The notes under the pieces were generated by a model. That model worked only from the letters and a program-made list of their open reading frames with translations, had not been told where the DNA came from and made no database searches. From NCBI GenBank assembly GCA_030649025.1, contig JAUSGO010000031.1, positions 9,745 to 73,744 of the forward strand: DNA of 64,000 bases. Reading direction: 5' to 3'. This document shows positions 1-9,568 of this stretch, piece by piece. The position numbers and the translations under genes were made by a program. How positions within the stretch are numbered: position 1 is the first letter of the stretch; every line of letters starts with the position of its first letter. This stretch comes from a bacterium. GTDB taxonomy: Bacteria; Patescibacteriota; Minisyncoccia; JAUYLV01.

Positions 1-548
1 TTCGAAAGCGCTGTGTTGCTTTTCCGCGTCTTTGTCACCTTGCCATCGGCACCGGGAATAATCTCGTCGTACTCATAGCGGACGGCAAGGGGCGGCACAG
101 CATAGGCGCCAAGCGGAAGGTTTCCCAGAAGTCGCAGGACAACGGTGAACTCTTGCGCCGTCACTCCTTCCGCACCGGGAAGCGTTATGCGATTTCCCAC
201 TGCGATTGAGACTACCGAGAAAGGCGCTAGGTCCTGACCGGCATCAACTTCGACGCGAACGCCGGCAAGAGATCTTACAACATAATGGAATTTCACGGGC
301 TCGTCTCCGACAAACACTTCCCGCTCCGCCAAAACACTAACAAGCACGGGTGGCCGACGGGGCGGCGCGGTCTTTCCTTCCTCGGGAGAAGGCTTGGGCA
401 CCGGAGCCTCCGCAGCTGCGGGAGGTTGAGCGGATTGTCCAAATTCGTTGGAAAATCCACCATCTTGAGCCGTTGCATAACCCTGAAAAAGGCAACCGAA
501 GAGCAGCACAAACGGCGCAAAACGGAACTTTCTTGACAAGTATTTCAT
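1..548 (-). CDS. Secreted BatD-like/Ig-fold protein of the MoxR-DUF58 locus (runs off the window start; not in the ORF track)
   Basis: Hand translation from ATG at 548 after a GAGAGGTGG RBS: MKYLSRKFRFAPFVLLFGCLFQGYATAQ... has a signal-like N-terminus, a Pro-rich linker, then ...VFVGDEPVKFHY...GAYAVPPLAVRY. The frame is open to position 1 and lies downstream of MoxR and DUF58. Confidence 0.6.
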   Translation of the reverse strand, partial: MKYLSRKFRFAPFVLLFGCLFQGYATAQDGGFSNEFGQSAQPPAAAEAPVPKPSPEEGKTAPPRRPPVLVSVLAEREVFVGDEPVKFHYVVRSLAGVRVEVDAGQDLAPFSVVSIAVGNRITLPGAEGVTAQEFTVVLRLLGNLPLGAYAVPPLAVRYEYDEIIPGADGKVTKTRKSNTALS

Positions 549-763
549 GATCCACCTCTCTAAAAGCGTATTGAGTTTTAAAATAACTTACAGAATCGTA
601 CTTTGTAGCGTACCGAAGAGATTGGGGAAAGTCAAACTCCTATATTAAGGGAGCCCATATGTGGAACGGATAACCGGATCAATAAAGAATAGCGAGGTAT
701 TGCCTAACAAATAATGACATCCTCCCCGGACTCTAAGGCCCAGATTCATGTGAGGTCCCCCGG

Positions 764-798
764 TAAAAAGAAAAAGCCATGGGACGTACCCATGGCTT
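764..798 (-). terminator. Intrinsic terminator after the DUF58 gene
   Basis: AAGCCATGGG/CCCATGGCTT stem followed on the minus strand by TTTTCTTTTT. Confidence 0.7.
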
Positions 799-802
799 CA
801 TG

Positions 803-1639
803 TTAAATCTCTTCCCGCCGAGTTTCAAAAAAATCGGAGAGTTTTTCGTAGTGCTCCACGTCGGACTCCGATGTCCGGAGCAGGCAGGCGTCTATGCCAA
901 CGCGCTCAAGACCTGGCAGAGGATCGTAATCGCCGACTGACGATGCCCAGGATGTTGCTCCCGTTTCCGCATCGCGCAGCATGACCCCCCCTGCAAACGG
1001 CGGCAGCGATTCTTCGAGCGGATCACGCAGCGCCACTGCGATGACATCGCAGGCATCGGCAAGCATCTCCAGGTCTGTCGTATCCGTATTCGGAAAAAGA
1101 AAGTCCGATACGATACAAATAAGATCTGCGGGATCTTGCGGACGCATCGCGACGTCCCATGCGCGATTGAGGGCAGAAGAGGGGTCGGTCTTCTTTTCGG
1201 TAAGCGCGAGAACTTCGATCTGGGCAATAACGCTTTCGAGGGCATGCATGCTACGGATGGGATGGGACTCGAATTCGACGCGAGTCGTAAAAGCGAAAAC
1301 AACAATAGTGAAGTTTCTCGCGAGACATGCGGTTGCAAGACCGCGCATGACATCGAGCGATGCGGCGTGTTTCAAGCGCGCAGAGCCAAGAAATTCTGAG
1401 GCGGAAACATCCACAAGAAAAAGTACGAGGGCGTTCCGGTCGGGATGTTTTTCGACAACGACCATTTGTCCCGTCCGAAGATAGTCGCGGACGCTCAAGG
1501 CACGAGGCGGGTCATCGGGTGAGAACTCGCGCATACCCTGAGGCTCAAAGCCATCCTCATCCACAAGAGAACTTGCGAGACAATCCCCTTCACGCTGGCG
1601 GACGCGCTTTTTGATGATTAGGGGAAGGTTTTCCCACAT
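803..1639 (-). CDS. DUF58/VWA-like protein
   Basis: GFEPQGMREFSPDD resembles the DUF58 G-x-EF..lReY.pGD motif; LVDVSAS is MIDAS-like; IVSDF present; adjacent to MoxR. Confidence 0.8.
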   Translation of the reverse strand: MWENLPLIIKKRVRQREGDCLASSLVDEDGFEPQGMREFSPDDPPRALSVRDYLRTGQMVVVEKHPDRNALVLFLVDVSASEFLGSARLKHAASLDVMRGLATACLARNFTIVVFAFTTRVEFESHPIRSMHALESVIAQIEVLALTEKKTDPSSALNRAWDVAMRPQDPADLICIVSDFLFPNTDTTDLEMLADACDVIAVALRDPLEESLPPFAGGVMLRDAETGATSWASSVGDYDPLPGLERVGIDACLLRTSESDVEHYEKLSDFFETRREEI

Positions 1640-1641
1640 GG

Positions 1642-2703
1642 CTACACCCCCTTCCCGCCTATCGGAACACTGCGCAACACTTCCTCGATGACCTGATTGT
1701 TCGAAGTGATTCCATATTTTCTGGAGAGCCGGGGATCGCGAGAGAATTTGAAACGCAGTACGGGCCGCGCTAATGCCCGGATATCGCCAAATTCGATGCG
1801 GTCGCGTCCGTTCAGGAATGCGCGCGCAGCGGCTGCACGCAGCATGTCTTCACCGGCGCGGATGCCGGGCGCCCATCCTTCGGCGCCGGTCTTGGGACTG
1901 CGAACAACGGCGTGATTGAAGATGGCATCAATAATGCTATCGCTGTAGCGCACAATGACATCATCGTGATCGTGGCTCCGCACGTACTGGTCGAAAACAG
2001 CATTTCCCACTTCAACGAAATCCTTGACGTCGAAGACGAGTTGTACGTCATTCATGAGCTCCTCGGCGTTGTGCACATCGACACGGCACCGAAGCTCCGG
2101 AGAAGGGTACGGAACGAGTATGTTGAGCATAAACCGCTCCATAAGCGCTTCGGGAAGCTGATTCGTGGACTGGGAAGATTCGACACGATTCTGTGTTGCG
2201 GCGCACACATAAAACTCGCCGAGACTCACCGTCTCGTTCTCGAAAGTGATCTGCTGTTCTTCCAGAACTTCCAGAAATACCGAGCAGGTCTTGGGAGCCA
2301 GCCGGTTGATCTCGTCCGCAAGCAAGAATTGCGTAAAAAGCGCGCCGCGGCCAAGGCGCATGTCCTGCAGTTTTCCGCCGCCGTCCTTGTCCCCAAACCC
2401 GGCCAATCTGTAGAGTATCTCCGCGGGCTTAAGGTCCGGCGTACACTGAATGCGGCTTCTTTGTGCGTTAATAGTCCGCCCAACGGCATTTGCGAGAAGG
2501 GTTTTCCCTACGCCCGGGTCGCCTTCCAAAATCACATGTCCCTTTGCAAGGATACCAATGTATAAAAGCTCAACCTGCTCGTCCAGGGCAATAACGGGTT
2601 TGTGCACTTCTTTGAGGGCACGCCCATATTTCTCAAGGAACGCTCGCCCCATGTCATTATGGGGAAGCTTGTCTTTCCCGAGTAATTCGGTATCTTTGTC
2701 CAT
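1642..2703 (-). CDS. moxR: MoxR-family AAA+ ATPase
   Basis: HVILEGDPGVGKT Walker A, RIQCTPDLKP, LLADEINR Walker B, ATQN, LPEALMERF. Confidence 0.92.
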   Translation of the reverse strand: MDKDTELLGKDKLPHNDMGRAFLEKYGRALKEVHKPVIALDEQVELLYIGILAKGHVILEGDPGVGKTLLANAVGRTINAQRSRIQCTPDLKPAEILYRLAGFGDKDGGGKLQDMRLGRGALFTQFLLADEINRLAPKTCSVFLEVLEEQQITFENETVSLGEFYVCAATQNRVESSQSTNQLPEALMERFMLNILVPYPSPELRCRVDVHNAEELMNDVQLVFDVKDFVEVGNAVFDQYVRSHDHDDVIVRYSDSIIDAIFNHAVVRSPKTGAEGWAPGIRAGEDMLRAAAARAFLNGRDRIEFGDIRALARPVLRFKFSRDPRLSRKYGITSNNQVIEEVLRSVPIGGKGV

Positions 2704-2784
2704 TTTTCTGCCTGCCTCTCTAAAAAAATTGAATGTATGTCAAGGAACCCTGTACTTCTTGAGTACATGTTATAGTATAAAATA

Positions 2785-4158
2785 ATGTTCCCGTTGTCAA
2801 AATATAACATCCCGATTAAACTGCTTCTGAAAAATTTTTCCGCGGCCCCAAAAAATACCGGGGTTTATTTCTTTTTGTCCCGCGCAGGAAAAGCCCTTTA
2901 CATCGGCAAGGCTATCGATATTAGAACGCGTCTTCGGTCACACTTTGCAAATGCGGATACGGCTAATCCTGCCAAGGCAAAGCTTCTTAAAGAAACGTGC
3001 GCGGTCCGGTGGGAGCTGTGCGATTCGGAGCCGGAAGCGCTCATTCGCGAGGCCGAACTCATTAAAAAACTGAAACCCAGATTCAATATCCTCCTGCGGG
3101 ACGACAAAAACTATTTTTTTGTCGCTATTACCAAAGAGCCTTTCCCAAAAGTATTTTTGACACACCAGCCTTCCACGCCCTTAAAATCCATAAGTTACGG
3201 ACAAGAAGCCAAATACATCGGGCCTTTTACGGACGGGGGCTCACTCAAACAGACATTAAAACATCTGCGGAAAATTTTTCCTTACTGTATCTGCAAAACA
3301 CCGCATAGACGGCCCTGCCTTGCTGCCCTTCTTGGAAGATGCGCCGGCGCCTGTTGCCTTAAAGAGGCAAGGTTAAAATTAAAAAACTACGGAGAAATTA
3401 AGCGCCGATACCGGCAGGGAATCTTATCGCTCGCGGAAACTCTTGGCGGAAAACGTTATGCGCTAGGCGCCAGGCTTTTGCGCGAAATGAAAATTTCTGC
3501 CCGAAAAAATGAATTTGAAAAAGCAGCGCTCCTGCGCGATCAACTTCGGGCGCTTGAGACAGTTTTTAGACATCGTGCAGTCGTGGCAAACCGGGACATC
3601 AAAGAGGAGCGCGAAAAGGCCTTGAGTCACCTGCAAAAGTTATTAGATCTGCCAAAAGCGCCGCGCCGCATTGAGATGTACGATATGTCGAATATCCAGG
3701 GAACATGGGCTGTCGGATCCATGGTTGTATTCACCGATGGCTTGCCCGACAAAAGCCAATACCGCAAGTTCCGCATAAAAACTGTTCGCGGCATCGACGA
3801 TACGGCCATGATGCAAGAAGTCATCTGGCGCCGCCTGCGGCACAATGAATGGCCGATAGCCGATATACTTGCGGTGGACGGAGGAAAAGGACAAATGAGC
3901 GCAACGCTTACAGCGTTGTACAATACCCAATATCCAATACCCAATATCCAATACATGCCAATCCTAGGATTGGCAAAGGGAAAGGACGAATTACATTACA
4001 TGACATTTGAGGCTAAAAGCTATGAGCTAAAAGCTATAAGCTCTATGCCCCGCTCCCGCCTCCCCCGCCCGCTCCGGCATCTTCTGAACCATCTTCAAGC
4101 CGAAGCGCACCGATTCGCAATTACCTACCATCGGAAATTACGATCTTCCGGAACTTAG
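2785..4158 (+). CDS. uvrC: Excinuclease ABC subunit C (short form, lacks the C-terminal HhH domain)
   Basis: N-terminal GIY-YIG (GVYFF..LYIGKA), UVR motif EFEKAALLRD, RNase H-like RIEMYDMSN, DGGKGQ, EAHRFAITYHR. Confidence 0.92.
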   Translation: MFPLSKYNIPIKLLLKNFSAAPKNTGVYFFLSRAGKALYIGKAIDIRTRLRSHFANADTANPAKAKLLKETCAVRWELCDSEPEALIREAELIKKLKPRFNILLRDDKNYFFVAITKEPFPKVFLTHQPSTPLKSISYGQEAKYIGPFTDGGSLKQTLKHLRKIFPYCICKTPHRRPCLAALLGRCAGACCLKEARLKLKNYGEIKRRYRQGILSLAETLGGKRYALGARLLREMKISARKNEFEKAALLRDQLRALETVFRHRAVVANRDIKEEREKALSHLQKLLDLPKAPRRIEMYDMSNIQGTWAVGSMVVFTDGLPDKSQYRKFRIKTVRGIDDTAMMQEVIWRRLRHNEWPIADILAVDGGKGQMSATLTALYNTQYPIPNIQYMPILGLAKGKDELHYMTFEAKSYELKAISSMPRSRLPRPLRHLLNHLQAEAHRFAITYHRKLRSSGT

Positions 4159-4184
4159 ACATGCGTCACAGAAACAGAGAAAAT

Positions 4185-4213
4185 TAAATCCCGCGTAACT
4201 GGCGCGGGATTTA
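4185..4213. terminator. Bidirectional terminator hairpin between uvrC and rplU
   Basis: TAAATCCCGCG/CGCGGGATTTA inverted repeat between convergent genes. Confidence 0.7.
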
Positions 4214-4540
4214 TGATGTGATGCTTTCTATTTCAACTTCGGTAAACGACTGGCGATGACCGATACGTCTGCGATAGCGTTTCTTGGGCTTGTATTTAAG
4301 CATTTTTATTTTTCGTGCTCTGCCTTCCCCAACAATAACTTTCGCCGCAACGCGCGCCGATGGCAGATAGGGTTTCCCGACCGTAACGCTTTCGCCGTTT
4401 GCGTTGCCAATCAAAAGCACCTCTCCAAAGTAAAAATTTTCTCCGGTGTTTTTCCCCAGTTTCTCCACTTTTAGCCGTTTTCCCGGAGAAACAATGTATT
4501 GTTTCCCTCCGGTTTTTATAATTGCCAGCTTGTCGGACAT
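4211..4540 (-). CDS. rplU: 50S ribosomal protein L21
   Basis: AIIKTGGKQY; KYKPKKRYRRRIGHRQ. Confidence 0.97.
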   Translation of the reverse strand: MSDKLAIIKTGGKQYIVSPGKRLKVEKLGKNTGENFYFGEVLLIGNANGESVTVGKPYLPSARVAAKVIVGEGRARKIKMLKYKPKKRYRRRIGHRQSFTEVEIESITS

Positions 4541-4608
4541 AGATGTTCTTTTACGCTAACTCAACGCCTTGAACGTAGTGTATCCTGTCGGAACCAAAAA
4601 GACAAGCC

Positions 4609-5895
4609 CTATGCAGGAGGAAGCTTCAACTCTTTCTCGATGTCTCCCGCAAGCTCCAAAATGCTATCGGCATAGAAAGCGAAGGCGGGATTATCCCAAT
4701 TTTCTCCGGCAAAATATATAAGCGCGGCCTTGCGCTCTGTAGCCTCGGTTTTTTCGCTTGCTCCGGCCTGGGCAAGTTTTAAAGCCGTTCCGGCAAACGC
4801 ATCATCAATATTCCATGGGGAAGGCAGCGCGTGACCTGTCAATTCTTTGATACCGTCTTCGTACCCAAGCCAGGTAAGAGGAAGGAACTGAGCCGGTCCC
4901 ATCGCGCCTCCCCATCCATAGGAAGGTTTTTTGGATACCGGGACCGTATCGGGATTAAGTCCGAGCTTCTGCACGATGATAAGAAATCCGGGCCATTGGG
5001 ATGGCTCCATGTCATCTTTCCAGTTCCCGGAGCCCTGTGAGGCGCCAAAACGTGATTCCTGCGCGACAAGCGCCAGCAAGAATGCCGGCCGTATGTTAAC
5101 TCGGCGCGTGAGAGTCTCGGCATGCGCATATGCCTCGGCCAAAGAAAGTTCCCTTCCTACCCCTTCTCGATCGAAAAACTCCTGCTGTAAAGAAACTGAC
5201 GCCAGCTCCGCCCGACGTAACAGATCCTGATAAAGCACCCCTCGTTTTTGCGTATACGCGCCGATTGCCTTTTTCCGGATGTCTTCCTGAAAAAGGGCGG
5301 ATTCCTGGCGAAGCTCGAGTTCATGCAAAAGAATAAGTTCGTGGCTCTGTTTTTGCAGGCTTCTTTTTTGACGATCGAGATTTCGCTGTTCTTCCCGGAT
5401 AAGCCCCACGCTTTCCCGAACCGCACGGTGCACAAGTTCGGTACTATGCACAGTATCGAAAAAACTCGAAAAGTTCGAAGCGGAAAGCACGAGATGTACC
5501 CGGCGTTTTTGCGACGTATCGATATCCCGTAGGAGCTCGGCGAGCATGCCGCGCTCCCTGGCGATGCGCTTCATGTATTCGGAGATCTTTCGATCAATAT
5601 CCGCGGAACGCTGGCCTGTATCGGCTATAGAAAATTGCGTAAGGGATTTTTCGAGCGAGAGTTTTTTCTTGCGAGTCTCAATAAGCAAGACGGCATCCTG
5701 AAGGGACCTCACCTCTTGAGAACTTTCTTCGATACGGGTTTTATAGCCCTGGATCTGCGAGCGAAGTTCAAAAAGAGAATCATGAAGCGTCTGGTCGGCA
5801 TATGCGTCTCGACACAATAAAAAAACGCATACAATGATGCATCCTGAAGCACAAATTCGAAGAGAGTCCCTGTAAAAATTTGAAAGTAGTAGCAT
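4609..5895 (-). CDS. Coiled-coil plus lytic murein transglycosylase (SLT_2/MltB-like) protein
   Basis: Signal-like N-terminus, long coiled coil, C-terminal QESRFG, GAMGPAQFLPLTW and PSPWNIDDA motifs. Confidence 0.8.
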   Translation of the reverse strand: MLLLSNFYRDSLRICASGCIIVCVFLLCRDAYADQTLHDSLFELRSQIQGYKTRIEESSQEVRSLQDAVLLIETRKKKLSLEKSLTQFSIADTGQRSADIDRKISEYMKRIARERGMLAELLRDIDTSQKRRVHLVLSASNFSSFFDTVHSTELVHRAVRESVGLIREEQRNLDRQKRSLQKQSHELILLHELELRQESALFQEDIRKKAIGAYTQKRGVLYQDLLRRAELASVSLQQEFFDREGVGRELSLAEAYAHAETLTRRVNIRPAFLLALVAQESRFGASQGSGNWKDDMEPSQWPGFLIIVQKLGLNPDTVPVSKKPSYGWGGAMGPAQFLPLTWLGYEDGIKELTGHALPSPWNIDDAFAGTALKLAQAGASEKTEATERKAALIYFAGENWDNPAFAFYADSILELAGDIEKELKLPPA

Positions 5896-5918
5896 TTAGA
5901 GACTACCCAAGAAGTCTC

Positions 5919-6641
5919 TTAGGCCTTAGCCTGCTTTCCGGCAGACGGAGATTTTAAATTTTCTTCTTTTTGGACAGCTTCTTCTTTCTTCTTATTACGC
6001 TCTTCCTCGCCAACCACCTTTATCTGACTAATCGCGGCCTGTTCCTCGGGAGCCTCACTAAGCTTCTCAAGCTCGCTTTCGGTGCGGGGCTCTTCGACAA
6101 GCGCAATAACCACATCCAAATTCGCCTCCACGGAAACTCCTTTGGGAAGTTTTATATCTTTGACGCGGACCATGTCATGGAATTTCTTAAGAAGCGAGAT
6201 ATCTACTTCCAGTTCTCTCGGCAAGTCCTGCGGAAGACATTCTACCTCTATATCCTGCATCGCGCGCACAAGCATGCCGCCTTCGTTCTTTACCGCAGAA
6301 GACTCTCCCACATACACCAGCGGGACTTTTGCCTTCAGCTTCTCGTCCATGCGCACTTCATAAAAATCAATATGCAAAAAACGATTCGTAAGCGCGTGAC
6401 GCGTCATATCGTGCACCAGCACCTTCCGAATATCGTCCTGGCCGATCTGGAGTGAAACAAGGGAGCTTACACCCGCTTCTTTATATACCTTCAAAAAATC
6501 CTTCTCCCCAACTAAAATAGGCACGGCGCCCTTATGTTTTCCACCGTAAAGTACCGCGGGAATAAAACCATCCTTGCGGTATCTTTTTACTTTTTTACCA
6601 AGAACGGTTCTTGGTTTTCCGACAAGTTTATGCGTCTGCAT
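5919..6641 (-). CDS. rplY: 50S ribosomal protein L25/Ctc
   Basis: IPAVLYG, LHIDFY, VECLPQDLP. Confidence 0.96.
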   Translation of the reverse strand: MQTHKLVGKPRTVLGKKVKRYRKDGFIPAVLYGGKHKGAVPILVGEKDFLKVYKEAGVSSLVSLQIGQDDIRKVLVHDMTRHALTNRFLHIDFYEVRMDEKLKAKVPLVYVGESSAVKNEGGMLVRAMQDIEVECLPQDLPRELEVDISLLKKFHDMVRVKDIKLPKGVSVEANLDVVIALVEEPRTESELEKLSEAPEEQAAISQIKVVGEEERNKKKEEAVQKEENLKSPSAGKQAKA

Positions 6642-7017
6642 AGTTTAGTGATTTACTGGTGCCGTGCCCGCTCTGTAGCACGCCTTCCTCTGCCGTCCGC
6701 GACACGCGCTTTTCTAAAAATACGTGGACGTTGAGCACATCATCGGAAGTGATTTCCGAGGCATTCCAAAAACGTTCGATGTCGGCTCTTGCCAGATCCG
6801 AGAGCATGCCCATGGTCGTCACCATTCCCAGCATCCCGGAAAGGATCGTGAGGATCGCCGAACTGCGGCACCGGGAACATTCGGCATGCACTACCGTAAA
6901 ACGCTCGCCCTTTCGCAACATCTCGATACAACCCGAATCGTAGCCAAGACCGCACATCGGGCAGTGTCCAAAAACATGATGCTGGTGTTTTTTATGTCTC
7001 ATGTGCGTACTCAACAA
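6628..7017 (-). CDS. Hypothetical Zn-ribbon protein
   Basis: CPMC...HAECSRC cysteine pairs; ITSDDVLNVH C-terminal motif; operon position. Confidence 0.65.
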   Translation of the reverse strand: MLSTHMRHKKHQHHVFGHCPMCGLGYDSGCIEMLRKGERFTVVHAECSRCRSSAILTILSGMLGMVTTMGMLSDLARADIERFWNASEITSDDVLNVHVFLEKRVSRTAEEGVLQSGHGTSKSLNYADA

Positions 7018-7071
7018 TCACTTAAGATACTACCGGCTCCTCAAAACGTCAACCCCCGCCCCATCTTATCT

Positions 7072-8034
7072 TTACGGGATAAGATTCGGGGGCGTGCGGC
7101 CTTCAAAAACTGCAATAATATTCTCGGCGGCAAGGCGTGCCATGGCTGACCTGGTCTCATGCGTTGCTGAAGCGGTGTGCGGCGTCAAAACCACGTTCGG
7201 AAGCTCCGCAAGTCCGGATGCAAGGGAGGGCTCATTCTCAAACACATCCAGGGCCGCGCCTCTGATCCATTCTTCTTTGAGAGCCCGTACCAATACCGCC
7301 TCATCCACAATAGGTCCCCGAGACGTATTGATGAGATAGGAGGATTTTTTCATTCCCCGCAATTCCTTTTCCCCAAAAAGATGGCGCGTGGTTTCGAGCA
7401 AAGGCACGTGAATACTCACGAAATCCGCTTCGCGCAGAAGCTCGGGAAGAGCGCGATACTGTGCCGAAAATTCCTTTTCAAATTCACTATTCGGCTTCAC
7501 GTCGTGATAGAGCACCTTCATGCCGAATCCTTTCACCGCTTTCTGGGCGAGCGCGCTTCCGATCCGTCCAAGTCCAACGATGCCCAAGGTCTTGCCGTGC
7601 ACTTCGCTCCCCAGTAGCAACATGGGCGCCCATCCGATATATTTTCCCGCACGAGTGAACGCGTCACTTTCTGGAATGCGGCGCGCTATGGCCATAAGAA
7701 GCGCAAAGGCGTGTTCCGCGACGGCTTCGGTGAGCACTCCCGGGGTATTAGTGACTGCGATGTGGCGTTCCTTAGCCGCAGCGATATCTATGTTGTCGAA
7801 TCCCACCGCGTAATTCGCGATGATTTTAAGCTGGACGCCAATGCTATCCATAACCTCCGCATTGATCTTGTCGGTTAAAAGCGAGATAAGCCCGTCGCAT
7901 CCTTTTGCGCTCTCTAAAATTTCTTCTTTTGTAAGAACCCGATCGTAAGGATTTACCGAAACGTCAAATCCCTTCTCTTTTAGTAAAGAGAGGGCGGGCT
8001 CGGGAATTCCACGAGTGATAAAGACTTTTGCCAT
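7072..8034 (-). CDS. D-glycerate dehydrogenase/glyoxylate reductase (D-2-hydroxyacid dehydrogenase)
   Basis: ANYAVGFDNID, GIVGLGRIG, INTSRG, LDVFENEP, LTPHTAS. Confidence 0.92.
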   Translation of the reverse strand: MAKVFITRGIPEPALSLLKEKGFDVSVNPYDRVLTKEEILESAKGCDGLISLLTDKINAEVMDSIGVQLKIIANYAVGFDNIDIAAAKERHIAVTNTPGVLTEAVAEHAFALLMAIARRIPESDAFTRAGKYIGWAPMLLLGSEVHGKTLGIVGLGRIGSALAQKAVKGFGMKVLYHDVKPNSEFEKEFSAQYRALPELLREADFVSIHVPLLETTRHLFGEKELRGMKKSSYLINTSRGPIVDEAVLVRALKEEWIRGAALDVFENEPSLASGLAELPNVVLTPHTASATHETRSAMARLAAENIIAVFEGRTPPNLIP

Positions 8035-8035
8035 G

Positions 8036-8260
8036 TTAATTAGAACCGGAACGGGGAAAATCCCGCGAACGTTTAATTTCTATTGCTCCGAGAGTATTTT
8101 CATCAATGACCCTAAGCGTATCAAGCCAATACGTGATGGTCGTAACTAAAAACACAACCACGACCATGGCAATAACTCCCCAATAGAGCATGCCTCCGCG
8201 GTAGCTTTCGCCTCCTATGACAATGCTGGTAGCCGCCGATTTTTGTTCCGTCATGACCAT
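8036..8260 (-). CDS. Small single-TM membrane protein
   Basis: One hydrophobic segment; tightly packed in the operon. Confidence 0.6.
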   Translation of the reverse strand: MVMTEQKSAATSIVIGGESYRGGMLYWGVIAMVVVVFLVTTITYWLDTLRVIDENTLGAIEIKRSRDFPRSGSN

Positions 8261-8279
8261 ACGCTTTGCGTGTTAAAAA

Positions 8280-9539
8280 TCACAAAGAAATGACTTGGCC
8301 TTCAAAATGCTCTATGAGCAATTTTTCCAACACCTCCTCGCCACCCATGTATTCCATAAATATCTTATTCCACAAGGCCTCTTGCTGGTGATAGAGGTAT
8401 TTTATCATGTGTTTTTCCATAACAAGCGCCATGATGTTGTCCAGGAGGTCGAAACTGATAAGGCGTTCCGACCCATCTTGCTCGCTTTTGAAGATATCCC
8501 CCACAAAATCAAGGTTATACCAGAACCCCACGTTCGTAAACGCAAAACGGTCGTTAAGCCGCGCAATGTCCCGTTCGGTCCTCCTCCAATGGAGCGCTTC
8601 GGGATTGACATGCGGGGTAAAAAGAAGCGGATGCCGTTCGTCTTCTTTCGCAAGATACCGCTGTACGATGAGCCAACGCGCTCCTTCGCCCAGAGCCTGG
8701 TCGGGTCTGGGTACGTCTCCCCGGAAAAGCGAGATGAGGCGCAGGGCAAAATCCGGACGTTGCGCATAGCGACGCATGAGCTTGGCATAAAAACTTACCT
8801 CGTGCAGATAATGGTTCAAAAGGCCATAGAGGCGGAGCGTCTCTCCCGGCGTATCTATGCGGTCTGGTATCACGAAGATAACACCAAGCTCTTTCAGGTG
8901 GCTCACGTTATGATATTTCTTTTTTTGGAATTTTTTTGCAATTTCAAGCCACTTGCCCCCAAGCACCGTCATGACAATGGGCCGCTCTTCAAAATCAGCG
9001 GGTGTCAACGCTTCATAGGCTTTGAAAAATACCGTATTGAGCCATTCCGAGCCTTCCACAATGCGCAGCGCGGCAAATACTTCATAAAAGTTCTCTTTGG
9101 CCAGAAGTTCCTGAACCGAAGCGTAGCCTAGCGCTGAAAGGATTTTCTGGGGAGGATATTGATAGAGAAATTCTTTTGCTTTTTTTTCCTTGAGAAAAAA
9201 CCCCTTCGGCGGGTACACAAATTCATACGCGAAGTTAAAAAGCGAGTGCAGTCCTTCAAGCGTTGTGCCATCCGGCTTGCGAAAAAGCTCGTAGAGTTCC
9301 GCGTCCGATTGGCGGAGCGCATCCAGCAACACTCCGTATGCCTGTTCGGCTGACGCGTTTTTATGCAGGCCGAACATATTGCGGATCAACAGCACGCGCT
9401 TCGCGTTCTCCGCGGCGATATTTTCAATGACCGTCGTCTTTCCGGTCGCCTTGGCCATTTTTGCTTCCAACGCATAAAGATCCCCGATGGGGATGCGCAG
9501 GATGGCCGCTATTTTATTGAACGATTCTTCCCGTTCCAT
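8280..9539 (-). CDS. Hypothetical protein (contains an HYLHE HxxxE/HE motif)
   Basis: 419-aa ORF on the operon strand with YHNVSHLKELG and LNHYLHEVSFY motifs; function unknown. Confidence 0.75.
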   Translation of the reverse strand: MEREESFNKIAAILRIPIGDLYALEAKMAKATGKTTVIENIAAENAKRVLLIRNMFGLHKNASAEQAYGVLLDALRQSDAELYELFRKPDGTTLEGLHSLFNFAYEFVYPPKGFFLKEKKAKEFLYQYPPQKILSALGYASVQELLAKENFYEVFAALRIVEGSEWLNTVFFKAYEALTPADFEERPIVMTVLGGKWLEIAKKFQKKKYHNVSHLKELGVIFVIPDRIDTPGETLRLYGLLNHYLHEVSFYAKLMRRYAQRPDFALRLISLFRGDVPRPDQALGEGARWLIVQRYLAKEDERHPLLFTPHVNPEALHWRRTERDIARLNDRFAFTNVGFWYNLDFVGDIFKSEQDGSERLISFDLLDNIMALVMEKHMIKYLYHQQEALWNKIFMEYMGGEEVLEKLLIEHFEGQVISL

Positions 9540-9568
9540 ATCCGCAAAGTTTAATCCGCTTTGCCAAT

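Noticed and set aside
7050-7095. Another CCCCC-ended mobile element
   Set aside because: A short hairpin formed with the dehydrogenase 3' end, with no target duplication; more simply a terminator-like stem.
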